The notes under the pieces: model-generated
The model's input: the letters and a program-made list of their open reading frames with translations, nothing else
Databases searched by the model: none
Told to the model about the DNA's origin: nothing
Position numbers and translations under genes: made by a program
Assembly: GCF_008831285.2 (NCBI RefSeq)
Contig: NC_045138.2
Span: 31,372,001 to 31,436,000 of the forward strand
Source: Nymphaea colorata
Taxonomy: Eukaryota
Direction of reading: 5' to 3'
DNA: 64,000 nucleotides
Shown: positions 25,961-37,643 of the stretch, piece after piece
How the letters are laid out: each line of letters begins with the position of its first letter
Numbering within the stretch: the stretch's first letter is position 1

Positions 25961-28122
25961 CTCTCTGCCTTTCTGGGTGGGAGTTACAACCGTAGTCTTT
26001 TCATTCACATCAAGGGGGTTGGGTTCAGTAGCTGGTTGGATTAAAGAGTGGAAGAAGGCCAGTCCCCAGTTCGATTCCTGTGAGTGTCAACCCCTTACGG
26101 AAGAAGCTGATTCAAACCATACGTACATACACACACACACATACTCTTGGAGGCTTATCTTGTAACTTATATGCGACGTCTTATTGAACGTGCTCATAGC
26201 AACTGCCTTCACCGATCCTATTGTTTTGTTCAACCTGCGTAATTAATTTGGAGGTTCATTTGTTCTAATTTTTGCAATGTATTGCATGCACTTCAGGCGA
26301 TCTTATTCAGCAGTTTCAAGAAATGTGAATTAGCAACCGTTGAAAGAAATTAAGTTGGTGCTTCAAATGTTGGAGATCAGCTTCAAATGTTGGGGATGCC
26401 TTTTCTGCAATCCATGAGAGCATGTATCACCATCGTCGGATACTTCTGTGAATTTTGAGCTAGCAGTTGAAGATGAATCAATTGGCAATTAGTAAATGCC
26501 TGGTGTTTGCGGAACCGTTAATTGCTCTGGAGTAGCCTTTGCCTGGTAGAAGATAATTAATTTGATCAATTAACTAGTTGCAAATTTCATTCATGGTCAC
26601 AAGCATTTGAAACGGCAAGGTTTTTCTGGCAGAGTTGTTTCTTTGAGCAAATTTTAGAATAATTTTAAGAAATCCTAAAATCAAAAAAGTGAAAACGTGA
26701 AGATAAAAATCCGATAACTAAAAAATATTTAAAAAATACAAAAATACAAAAAGTGTGTTTTTTTTATTTGCTTGTTTCTAAAACGTGTTTTATGTGACAT
26801 ATAGAACAAACTTGTTTTTTCTTTTTTCCTTTCTGCATTACTCCTTTTCCTTTCTAGAAAGGTGCTGCGGGGAAACTTTTAGTTTAGTTAGATAGATCAT
26901 GTGAAAAGCAAAGATGAAGGGTAGGCTGTCAACAAAGTTCGGATTCTACCAAACTCTCAATCTTCTGATGCAGACATATGCGAGCAGCGTTATCCATAGT
27001 TCGCAGTCTGCACACACTGTCAAAGAATCATCTTTCCTATTTCTCTCTTTCTTTATCTTTCTTGTTATAGTTAGGGGACTTCTTGTTCTTAAATTTTGTT
27101 ATATATTTTTATTTTATCGGTTCTCTCTCCCTCCTTCTCTGGTTTGTGATATCTGAAGAACAGTTGTTCGGTCCAGGTCGGTATTGAGTGATTTAAATGG
27201 ATGGAGAATATTGACCTCAAATATTGTGTTGATTTTGATTCATTGTATGGGCACATTTCCGGTGAGCAAGGGAGGCCCGCCAGAAGACCGAAGCTACCAT
27301 TCAATTCCTTGGTATCACGCTTCAACTTACGTGTCAATCAATGACTATTTTTTTAGCACAAAGAATTTGATGCTCTATCAATCCCATCAGTGTCAATTAG
27401 ACGAGCACTTGTTGTCTCATCTTAAATATCATTTTGATTTTTCTTGAGCGGGATTTTGTGGTTCTTTCTCAATTTGACTTATGAATGAATGATGGTACAG
27501 GACGATCATACATATCCATTGATACATATCCATTATGCATTTTTGCATTGACATAAGCGACAAGAATGAAAGGAATCGGAATTGTGAATTTTAAACAATA
27601 TGATCAAAATATCATTACCCTTTTGTTTTAAAATTTTGATTTAGCCCTTAAATACATATAATCTCTATAGCCCAAAGCCTCAATATTAAGAAACTTATCT
27701 ACAATACATTAAAATGAATTAGATATTTATTCATAAGATTTTAACGGACAAGAATCCATTTTGCCAAGGATCAGAACAAGAGGGTAATGATAAAAAGAGT
27801 TAAATAAAAAAACATGTGTCATAAAACCATTGGACGCCGTAAATTTTTTATAAAAGAAGTGAAGAAGTCTCGCCCCTTCCCAGCTTTCTTCAGTTGGATG
27901 AGAGTTTTTTAAGGATATAGAAGTGAATATTTCAGAGCTTATTAAACCATATTTTGATAGATATGTCATTCTAGTGGGTAATACTGGTGGGTAAAAAGAG
28001 CATTTCATCTTACTACTTACCTAAAAGCACCTTCCTCTATTCCCTCAAGATATCAGGCATGTTTTCGATGTCTTAACGTGACGCCCCCTTGCTTTCAGTG
28101 ATTTAATGTGGTACTACTCTCA

Positions 28123-28309
28123 GCAAGGGCGGAGGGAAGGAGGCCAGCAAGGGTCTTGTCCCCCACCTCTTACACATCAAATTTTAAAAAGTTTAAAAAA
28201 TTATGTGGTAAATCTAAAAAAAAATAGTTTAATGTATATAAAATTTTCTATTAGAATTTTGAAACTATATTTTGGCCCCTACAACAAAAAATTCCTAACT
28301 CCACCCTTG
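28123..28309. mobile_element. MITE with caagggcggag / ctccacccttg TIRs (related sequence at about 36372-36535)
   Basis: Inverted termini and an AT-rich interior. The reverse complement of part of it is seen at 36372-36535. Confidence 0.6.
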
Positions 28310-28315
28310 AGTTTC

Positions 28316-28505
28316 ACTATGCTTCAAGTTACATATCAATGTCCACCCACAACTGCAAGGAATATAAGTAAATGTAGAATGCTTGGGGTGCGCGGATCCT
28401 TGTTAATGTGGTACTCTTACTACGCTTCAACTTACGTATCATTGCACATTTACAACTGGACGGAATATGAGTAAATGCAGAATATTTGGAGTACGTGGAT
28501 CCTTG
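28316..28505. repeat. Diverged tandem repeat (unit about 101 bp, 2 copies plus fragments at about 27310 and 28105)
   Basis: acta.gcttcaa.ttac.tatca.tg..ca...acaactg...ggaatat.agtaaatg.agaat..ttgg.gt.cg.ggatccttg is repeated. Confidence 0.7.
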
Positions 28506-28545
28506 CAAGGAGATGAGAGAGCAAGAGTGATGGTATGATAGACAC

Positions 28546-28895
28546 AAAAAACTTTCTTGGGTTTTAAGGGATGAAGTTTTTCTCGGGTATAATACCACTA
28601 GTTTTTAAAAACGAGAAAAATATGAAAAAAAATATGGTAAATTTTTAAGATTTAAAAAAACTAAAAATGAAGAACAAATAAAATAAGTGAGAAATTAATA
28701 ACACAAATATCAAAAAATAAGTAGATTTCAACAAATAAAAAAAAAACTGTTTGGCTTTAAAAAAATATGAAAAAATGAAATTAAATGAAAACAAGGGAGA
28801 ATGAAAAAAAACGTGTTTTTTTCACTATTTTTTCATTTTAACGTTTTTTTACAAAAAAAAACAGTGTTTTTTAATTTTTAAATGGCAAATTTATT
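28546..28895. mobile_element. Family B MITE copy
   Basis: gaagtttttctcgggtataatac...aaaaatatggtaaatttt...aagtagatttcaacaaataaa, as in the other copies. Confidence 0.7.
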
Positions 28896-30051
28896 TATAA
28901 GTAAGTGGACTCAATATTATTGCCTCAAAGGTTGGTCCAAATTTAGTTTTCTCAATCATATGTTTCATGTCAGCTAACATATTAAAGCAAATGGGCTGGA
29001 ATCAGCCTAAATTGCCCGATTGGAATCGAATACTGATGGCAAACCAATTCGCTGGCAGACGTGTGGACAATGAGAACTGCATGAACATGAAGTGTATGAC
29101 ATTTATCATTTAAAATCTACGAAAAGAGAGAGAGAGAGAGACGAAGACTTGCGTCTAAATACAAGAGACTCTCTCTTGTCAACTAAGGAGGAGTAGAATT
29201 ACATTAAACTTGAGATTCAAATCCAGTGACCACTGTCATGATTTGGTGTGCTATTACTTTCAACTATAAACGTATGGCACGACATTCAAGTTGAAGGATA
29301 TATTCAGCCTAATGGGCCGGTGGAAACTTTCTGGTCCTAGGCTAGCTTGATCTGACCTGGGTGGATGTAATAGGCTCAACAGGGGCTTGTTGGGGCCTGA
29401 CAAGGTGGCAAGAAGCTCTCTAATTTTTTGTTTTAAAATTTAAGTTCCGGTTGAATTGAAGTACCTCAACTCTGCCTCTTTTTGTAGGGGGTTTCCTAGG
29501 CACCTCTTCTAATCTACAAAAGATACAGAACTAAAAAGAACCCATTTTTGAAGCAAGAGCCCTCTCATTAAAGGAACTTAAAAGAAATAGCCTTCTCACT
29601 AAAGAATGTTAAAAAAATGTAATCCTGTGTAGTTTCTTTTGTATAAAAGGTTTTGTATAAAAGGGATGTACCCTTAAGCGTTCCTTATTTCTCTTTTAAA
29701 TAGGTTTAAGACAATTTTTTTTAAGGCTGGGCTAGGTACACGCAGTGGACTGGGCTTCCCAGAGAGTGGCACCCAATAAACCTCGGTCCTATCCTGCCAT
29801 TCTCCAATACTAGGTATATCATAGGTCCACTTAAGCTTCAAAGCAAACCAAAACCTTGATTACAGAAGAGTATGATCTTAAGGGATTTATGAAGATATTA
29901 TTAGAGATCACATAATCTAAGAACACAAAGTTCTTGGTTCAAATATGATTCCATCCAATGTGTGGTAATTGAATCTAGAAATAACATCCATAATTACATC
30001 ATGTTTCTTGGAATAAGATCATGCATAGTGTTCCTTCAGTTGTGTTTTAAC

Positions 30052-30421
30052 CATAACCACAAATAACGTCTCAGAGTTTTAAACGGCGAGGATTTATTCG
30101 AGTATAATACAGTGAGCTTGAAAAAATTGAAAAAAATATGGTAAATTTTTAAAAATTTTAAAAAACTAAAAATAAGGGAAAAATAAAATAAGTGAGACAC
30201 TAATTACACAAACATCAAAAGATGAGTAGATTTGCAACAAATAAAAAAAAATGTTTGGCATTAAGAAAAACTGGAAAAATGAAAAAAAGTGAAAAAGAGT
30301 GAAAAAATACATTTAATGTTTTTTTTAAAAAATGGTTCTTTTAGTTTTAAATGACCAATTAATTTATCGCGTTTCTTTCATGTTTTTTGCAAAAAAAACT
30401 AATGCATTTTTTGTAACTATG
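30052..30421. mobile_element. Family B MITE copy
   Basis: cataaccacaaataacgt...aaaaaatatggtaaattttt...agtagatttgcaacaaataaaa...ttttgtaactatg; colinear with 46635-47010. Confidence 0.75.
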
Positions 30422-31200
30422 AACTTTTAACCCTCTAAGAGGCTTTACACAGATACTAATAGTTATCGCAAATCAAGATAAACATACACCTCCTGGGTGA
30501 GGCGGTCCTGTGCAACCAAGAAAAAAAACATTTGTTTTCATAATTAAGAAACAAAAAGTCCAGCATGCTAGCGTCGTCAGGCAAGCGCTAAAACTTGAGC
30601 AACGTCTTCACAATTGGCTAGACGTTCATCGAAAATTTTGAAAATGAAAACTCATGATTTGCATGGGGCAGATGTAATTTCTTTTACTTTTCCTGACTGA
30701 GGGTGATTGAAGAAACAACTAGCAATTGTTTCCATCCTGGTGCATATATAGTTCAATTCCAGCAAAGTGGAAGGAGAGAAAATGAAAAACTTGACGAACT
30801 CTTCTTTCTTCTGTCTTTAAAATTTTAAAAACCAAAACAAAAGAAACGAGTATTAATAACCTGGATAAAGTTGGATCAGAATTTTGGGGTACTTGGTTGC
30901 AGCTCATGTAAATTGCGCTTGGATAATTTATCTCTGTTTTGAAGCCAAAATTAATAATCCCCTTTCTTATGGGATTAAGAATTTGAGGCATAGGACGAGA
31001 AGTTTACCCATGCACATCAACGGGGATAATCAGTCATGAGAAAATGGGGAATATTTGTATTCCACTATAAGTTCTTCAGATCGAACACGCTAAGGTCCAT
31101 CCAGTTCCTAGCATGTCCAAGGTTGGGTTGGGCTGTTGACAAGGGATGCCATTCAGATCGAATGAGGGTCAAATAGCTACTACCATCTCTGAAATCTTTA

Positions 31201-31333
31201 GGTTGCGTTTGATTCTGACGGATGGATCTCCATGACAGCCGAAATCCACAGTTTTAACAACCTGTAGATTTCAGAACAACCCCCGACATGGAGATCACCA
31301 CAGATCTGAGATCCACTGTAATCAAACACAACC
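31201..31333. mobile_element. Short Tourist-like MITE
   Basis: TIRs ggttgcgtttgatt / aatcaaacacaacc, preceded by tta. Confidence 0.55.
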
Positions 31334-31739
31334 AATAAAAATGTCACACATATACCTCCAAAGCGAGGCTTAGTCGTGTTCCCTGTGGCACAAAATCACA
31401 ACGGCCAGGTTCCTGATCACCTCAAGGACCTATGCTGGGCATCAGCTTGATCATTCTGCTGTGTGGTTGAACTGGCATATCAATCTCATGGCAGGCAATT
31501 AAACAAGTCGAAGTTTTCCTTTCTCCCTCTATGCCAATACTAATCTTCTCTGTTTTGAAACAGATGCAAATTGATTGGCTCGAGAAGACAGATAATCTTC
31601 AAGTTCCTCCTGTCCATTAAAGGAGTACAATCAGTTTCAGCCTTTCACAAATGGACGCCACCAACTCCTTGGGCTTTGAACTAGTGGCATTACATGAAGT
31701 GAGCAGGAAGTGTTGTTCTATCAACACCAACACAAAGGA

Positions 31740-32560
31740 GCTACATGTTTCAGTTTTACAGGTGGAAACTGCAACCCAGCTCGAAAGACATTGCTGCTTG
31801 TTTAGGGTTAAAGAAGCTTCGAATAGGAAACCTGGCACATTATGTTGATCCACTCTGTTCTTTTGGCCTTTCCCCTCCCCTAGTTACTAGTTGGTGTTTT
31901 TCATGTGGGCAGTCTATCAGAATCCCAGGATCATACGCTGGGTGACTACAGTTTAGTGAGGAAGGTGTCGCAGACGGTGGCCAGCCTCTTTGGAAGGGTA
32001 GCATGCTTGGAAGGGAAATTTGTGCAGGCAGTGACATGATGGAGCACAACAAAAAGAAGTATCTGGATACTGGTGGCAGTTTTTTGTTTCAAGTGATGTT
32101 AAAAACTCCGACAAGCTGATTATCTAATCTAAGGGGAGGGATTCAGTTGCTCTGCTTAATGGTGCCTCAGAAGGTAGAAACTGTCACTTGTTTGCAGAAT
32201 GTGAATATCAAATCTGAGATGAGCAGATTGCAGAGGAGTCTTCTACTGACAAAATTCACAGCCTCCAGGCTTGCTTCTTTAGCAGCTGACAATGGAGATT
32301 TGAAGTGGAAGGACAAACCTTCTACATTGATGGCTACCCAATGGATTGTACACTCTGTGAACCGCTATGGATTGTGAAAGATTTCATTCACCTCTTCTAG
32401 CTTACGATCAAAGACAGAACCAAGTCTTACTTGATGTGCAGCAATCCAATGCATATTCTTTCTTGAGAAGAAGCAGCAATCTGTTTCTTCATTTTCAATG
32501 GGTGCAGCAGCCAGTCTAGCGAATAAAACAGTTCATTTTGGTGATATAGCAGTGCAGCTT
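31740..32560 (+). mobile_element. Highly degenerate L1-type LINE ORF2 3' fragment
   Basis: Remnant motifs across stops and frameshifts, in the expected order: CLGLKKLRIGNLA (cf. GGLGLKxLxxWNxA), QPLWKGSMLGRE (cf. SWxWKGIxxxRE) and NGASEGRNCHLFAECEY (cf. zf-RVT CxLCxxxxESxxHLFFxC). Confidence 0.45.
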
Positions 32561-33758
32561 TTGTGACGGGTTCCCGTGAAAAACCAAGGAAAACCTTTTA
32601 CCAATGTACAATAACTTTGCAGGGAGGAAAAAAACAGGAGAAAAGAGAGTGCAAAAATTTGTCAGTAGTGTTTCTCCCTATCAGATACTGGGCATGTATT
32701 TGTGCCCTTGTACCAATTTAATGAGACAATGTGAAGAAATGCTTTGAAAAATGTTATAATGGCAGAAGCCATCACATTACAAGCAATATGACACTGGGAA
32801 TAAATTGTTGGAAAGGGAAGAGTTTACTACTTGGCTACTAGCTACTGTTGGTGTACTTCACGTAATAGAAATAAGAGCAACTAAAAGCAGCAGCAACAGT
32901 GGAAGAAGAGTCTGTGTCTCTGTGTTTGGGTGCCGCACAACACGTGCTATATATGTCAGTAACAAAACATATAAAAGAGCAACCAAAAAAAAAAAAAAGA
33001 AGGCCAGAAAAGCAAAGTACGCAAAGCATTAAATATCACCCAGTTTGTGCATGTATTTTGGGGGAATCATGTTCTCATTTGAGCAGCTAAATATCGGCCA
33101 GATATTTAGTTCTGCCGAAGTTGTCACTATGAGTTATCAGTGTGTTCCATGTGAGAGTGTAGATGAAAGGCTCTCATGAGGTGGTGCCCTGATCTCTAGT
33201 TGGAAAATATGTTGTAGAAAGTTATGACAGAAAAATCTAAAAGCAGAGGAAGCACAGAGCAAGTGCATGCGTGCATCCGCCTGTGCGTGTGTGTGGAAAA
33301 ATGGTGCGTATAGGCTTGTTATTGCTTTCAAGAGAATGAACTACACCATCGTCACCATTGCCTAATGATGCAAATAGAAAGGACACAGGTCAGATAAGTA
33401 CAACGGGAGTCTGATACAACTGGGATATGAAACATCTAAAAAAAACAGTAAAACCACTATACTGTAAAAAGCCTATCTGCAAACCTGTATCTCCTACACA
33501 TATACTGAAACCGCACGCTCAAAACATTGCAGGATCTAACCGTGCCAATGCTTTTCTTTCCTTGAAACCCATAACCTTTTCTTATCACAAAATCAGAACA
33601 CTCAGCATCAGAACTGTACCATAAAAAAATAAGCAACCCGTTCGTATTCACATCTTTTCTGTAATCAGTCCGGCAATTTCCTTGCGAAGACATCCCCAAA
33701 CAGTAAAGTAATTAAGAGAAATGATTAAGAAACCAAAAGAAAAAAGCAAAAAGGCATT

Positions 33759-34394
33759 CTAGAACCCTTTAGGCCCATCAACACCTTCACCAGAATCATT
33801 CTCCTTCTTAGCAATATCAGCCATGTACAGGCAGTAGTCAGCAATCTCTCTGAACTTGGGCACGCTCCTTAGGTCCACCTTGGTGCCGTCCTTGAGGGTG
33901 ATGACGACGTCCCCCCACTCCCCAATGAAACGGGGCACCACCTGCACGTCCCTTATGGCCTTATAAGGGAAGTCGCTCCGGTCACCACCGGTGAGCCCTG
34001 AGATGACCGTCACCCTCAGATTAGTGAACCTGTATCTCAAGAAGAAAGCCCTGAACACGGCAGCAATCGTCAGGGGCATCCACAGCAAGGTGAAGCCCAA
34101 CAGGATATTGGCCAGCAGATCGCCATAGTGAGCACCACCGTCGAAGAAAACCGTCTCTTTGCCGCCGGACGGTGGTGGTGGTGACGGTGTCTTGTCGACG
34201 GTCCTGGTGGTGGGCTTGTTGGTTGGGGATGAGGAGACTTGAAGTGGGGAAATGGGTCTTCTGCTGCTGCTGGTACTGGTGATTGAGGGGAAGGAGACTG
34301 AGAAGGGGTTAGATGGGAACTTGGGTGTAGCAGATTTAGGGGAGAGTGGAGGATGGGAAGAGAAGGAGAAAGGTGATGGAGATGCTGATGCCAT
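33759..34394 (-). CDS. DAC: Plastid (thylakoid) membrane protein with a bacterial PH-like domain; probable DAC (defective accumulation of cytochrome b6f) ortholog; single exon, 211 aa
   Basis: Ser/Pro-rich transit-peptide-like N-terminus, then FFDGGAHYGDLLANILLGFTLLWMPLT...LRYRFTNLRVTVISGLTG...DVQVVPRFIGEWGDVVITLKDGTKVDLRSVPKFREIA and a C-terminal KGF. This matches my recollection of the Arabidopsis DAC / cyanobacterial PH-domain family. The ORF is GC-rich against an AT-rich background. Confidence 0.8.
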   Translation of the reverse strand: MASASPSPFSFSSHPPLSPKSATPKFPSNPFSVSFPSITSTSSSRRPISPLQVSSSPTNKPTTRTVDKTPSPPPPSGGKETVFFDGGAHYGDLLANILLGFTLLWMPLTIAAVFRAFFLRYRFTNLRVTVISGLTGGDRSDFPYKAIRDVQVVPRFIGEWGDVVITLKDGTKVDLRSVPKFREIADYCLYMADIAKKENDSGEGVDGPKGF

Positions 34395-36059
34395 TGTCTG
34401 CTATCCCAGTTATCTTCTATGTTTTATTGGGGTTGATTTTGCACAGATATATACAGACATGGATGAGTGTATGGTCCAAAATGGATGTGGCTCTGTTGTC
34501 TCTGGTTCTTCCACCCCTCCATTTTCTGGTGTTTGAGATGGACTTTTCACTTGTTGTGCAGAAACATCCTTCAACCTTCAACATTCTTTTAATGTTTTTG
34601 TAAAAAAAACAAATGAGTTCTTTAAAATTTTTCATTTTATGGAATATTTAATGCTGCTATATGGGTCGTTATATTATAAGTTGCAAAGTAATATAATATA
34701 TTATTTTTCAAAGTTGATGCAGGTCAATCCACACGAGGTATCATAAGAGAATCCAATCTTTACAACATTGTTTTGGACAGAAGAACTCGTGTCTGTTAAT
34801 TTTTTTCTACAATCTTCACTTTGGTGACAACTGCTAGACAAATGTTTAGCCCTCAATTTCGTCGGTCGTCATATGTGAAATTTTAAATTCTTGCATATTG
34901 TTTTTTCCATGTAAGAAAATGTTCTTCACTTTCCAAAAGAACAGAAAAAAAATATCATCACTAACTTCATTCATTTGACAAAAATGTTAACATAAATTAT
35001 GAGAATGTGGTAAAGGTAGGCCTTAACGAAAGTGAGCCACGTTTTCGGCACGTAGCAAAAACCAAAGTCCTCTTATCACCCTCAAGCTTTTTACTCGTGT
35101 GGTAAATTACTTATGAAATTGCCGGATTCCTACTTTTCCCTATTTCGCAAATCACAGGAAATTAGAATATGTGAAACTGCACGAAAGCCTGCTGATTATA
35201 AGGGTGTAAAAAAACAATGGTTATTCTGCAATTATAGAAAGCATTCGGGTTCGAAAGGAAATTTGGCTGAAATGGCCGGCTATAGATGCTTTCACATTTT
35301 CAGATCTCTTTGGCTTTTATAGTTTTATGTTGACCGGTGGCGACTAACCATGAGTATTGAGCCTCATACTTGTCGGGTACTCAGTAGTTTATATATAATA
35401 TCATTATAATATCATTTTATAATTTTTTACATATAACTATATATATCATTATAATTAAATATATTTATATTATTTTATATTTAAATATTATTTTTTAACG
35501 TTAATCAGTGTCGGCCCAAGCAGAGCTTGGGTTCTGGCTAGCCTGGCTGATTCTGGGCCACTGTCATGAGCTGCAGCCTGACCCGAGCTCAACTTTTCAT
35601 CGGGCAGGCCCCATGCCCAATCTTAATGGTGACTTAGACACAAGTGGTTAAATAAGTGTCTTTTCATCAATGCGAGCAAGAGAAATATTTAATCTTATAA
35701 TTTTTTCTTATTTGAGTGCTCTCAATCTCAAGATACCAAGTTTACTTTCAATGCATCGAGATAACGCTTCCACTATATTTCATCAACTTATATTTAAGTA
35801 TCCTCCCTTTGCAATATAAAAAGTTGACTAGAGCTTAAAATGGTGAGTACTCTTCACATCCTTTGTGATTGTCTTTTGAGAATTATGGAAGCTTTCTTTT
35901 ATCCCTTATGAGAGATTAGAACTTAGAAAATTTGCCCTTTCAGTTTATTCTTTTTATTTGTTTGCTGTTTCTGAGCTTCGCTTCTCCTCAATTTCTTAAC
36001 TTTTTAGTGTTTCTCTCTCACCATATTTAACCTGGTTTGGGTCTCATAATTCAAGTTGT

Positions 36060-36126
36060 TTTAACTTATTTAATGATATAAAGTTGGAGGGACACTTATT
36101 TAAAAATACTCAAATTTGGTGGGGCA

Positions 36127-36167
<41 letters not shown>

Positions 36168-36257
36168 ATAAATATTTAAGATTCTTATTTAAAAATAAGA
36201 AACTTTTAAGAGGTTGTAGGTAACTACTACACAAGTCACTATGTAGCTACACCACTG
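36060..36257. mobile_element. Degenerate family A MITE, reverse orientation
   Basis: Ends atgtagctacaccactg, the reverse complement of the family A start. The interior resembles the reverse of 13640-13740. Confidence 0.45.
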
Positions 36258-37288
36258 CTAAACATTGTGCACTGATAGCCATGTAAGGCAATCAGCATGA
36301 TCAGGTTATATGTCGTTAACCTAAGTCGGAGTAAAACAACCAATGCATGACAGAGCGAGGACTTTTTCGTTGCAAGGGTCGAACTATAGTTTCAAATTTT
36401 TAATTGTGGCGAAAAAAGAATTTTTCAAATTTTTTATACATGTTAAAACTAAATTTTTTGAACTTTACATTTACAATTTTTAATTTTTAAAAATTTGAAG
36501 AGGGCCAAGGCCCTTGCGGCTCCCTCCCCCCTTCCCGAGCCAACGTGCCTTCAAGATAAGCTACTCATACTTCATCATTTCTCATGGTTTTGTGCACTTA
36601 AGTCACATGGATATTTAGGTAATATCTCCATGGGTGTGCCATAGCTAGTCCTTACTTAAAGTGGATACTTAATTGGATACATTTGGATACTTATTAGATC
36701 AAAGTTGATTCAAACTATTTAATCTTATTTAACTTAATTTTTTAACTCAATTTGTATTTTGTTTTTTAGAGTTATTGTTTATTAACGTGTAATATTTTTA
36801 TTTGTATCACTTGTTTATTTTAATGTTGTTTTCATTTGATCTTTTATGATATTTTACACATACACAATATATATATATATATATTAACTTACCATACCAT
36901 GTACCTCCATTTTCCCACATTTTCTAAAGTTACCATGCTTATATTTGTATCTTCATGCCGGTATCGATGTGACTTAATTCCGCACATTTAGTCATATTTT
37001 AGAACAATTTTGCTTGTCCTAGCCAAGCTTTTAGATGGATTGAGTGGACATGGATAATGGATCGCCAAATATTGGTCCAACCACGGTTGGTATTGGTCAA
37101 TTGGATCACTTAACTGAAATGATCGACTCGGTTTGTATAAACCAGTTGCAAGATCATTTTAAGAAGCGTAGTTTTTTCGGATTTTTTTTTTCAGAATGCA
37201 CCTAACTTTTTTTTTCAGCAAACCAATAAATGAAAACATACGTTTTAATGATGTTAAAAGATACACCTTACAATTGTGATATAAACCC

Positions 37289-37643
37289 TAGTCACAAATA
37301 ACATTTTGAAGTTTCAAATGGCAATGTTTTTTTTTTATATAATATGGTGATCTTGAAAAAACGAAAAAAATATGGTTAATTTTTAAAAAATTTAAAAAAT
37401 TAAAAATTAAAAAAATAAAAAAAAATAAGTGAAAAACTAATAAACAAACATCATATATTTAAAACAAATAAAAAATAGAAAATAAAAAAAAACTATTTGA
37501 CATTAAAAAACTGAAATGGAAAAAGTGAAAAAAAACACGTTAAATAAAAACGCGTTTTTTTTAATGTTTTTTTTAAACGATCATTTAATTTATCAAGTTT
37601 TTATAATAAAAAAAACATGTTTTATATATACATTGTTTGCCAT
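37289..37643. mobile_element. Family B MITE copy
   Basis: ctagtcacaaataacatttt...aaaaaaatatggttaatttt...tttgacattaaaaaactgaaa. Confidence 0.65.

Noticed and set aside
28085..28505. Spaced repeats as a possible CRISPR-like array
   Set aside because: Eukaryotic context, only two diverged full units, and no unique spacers.
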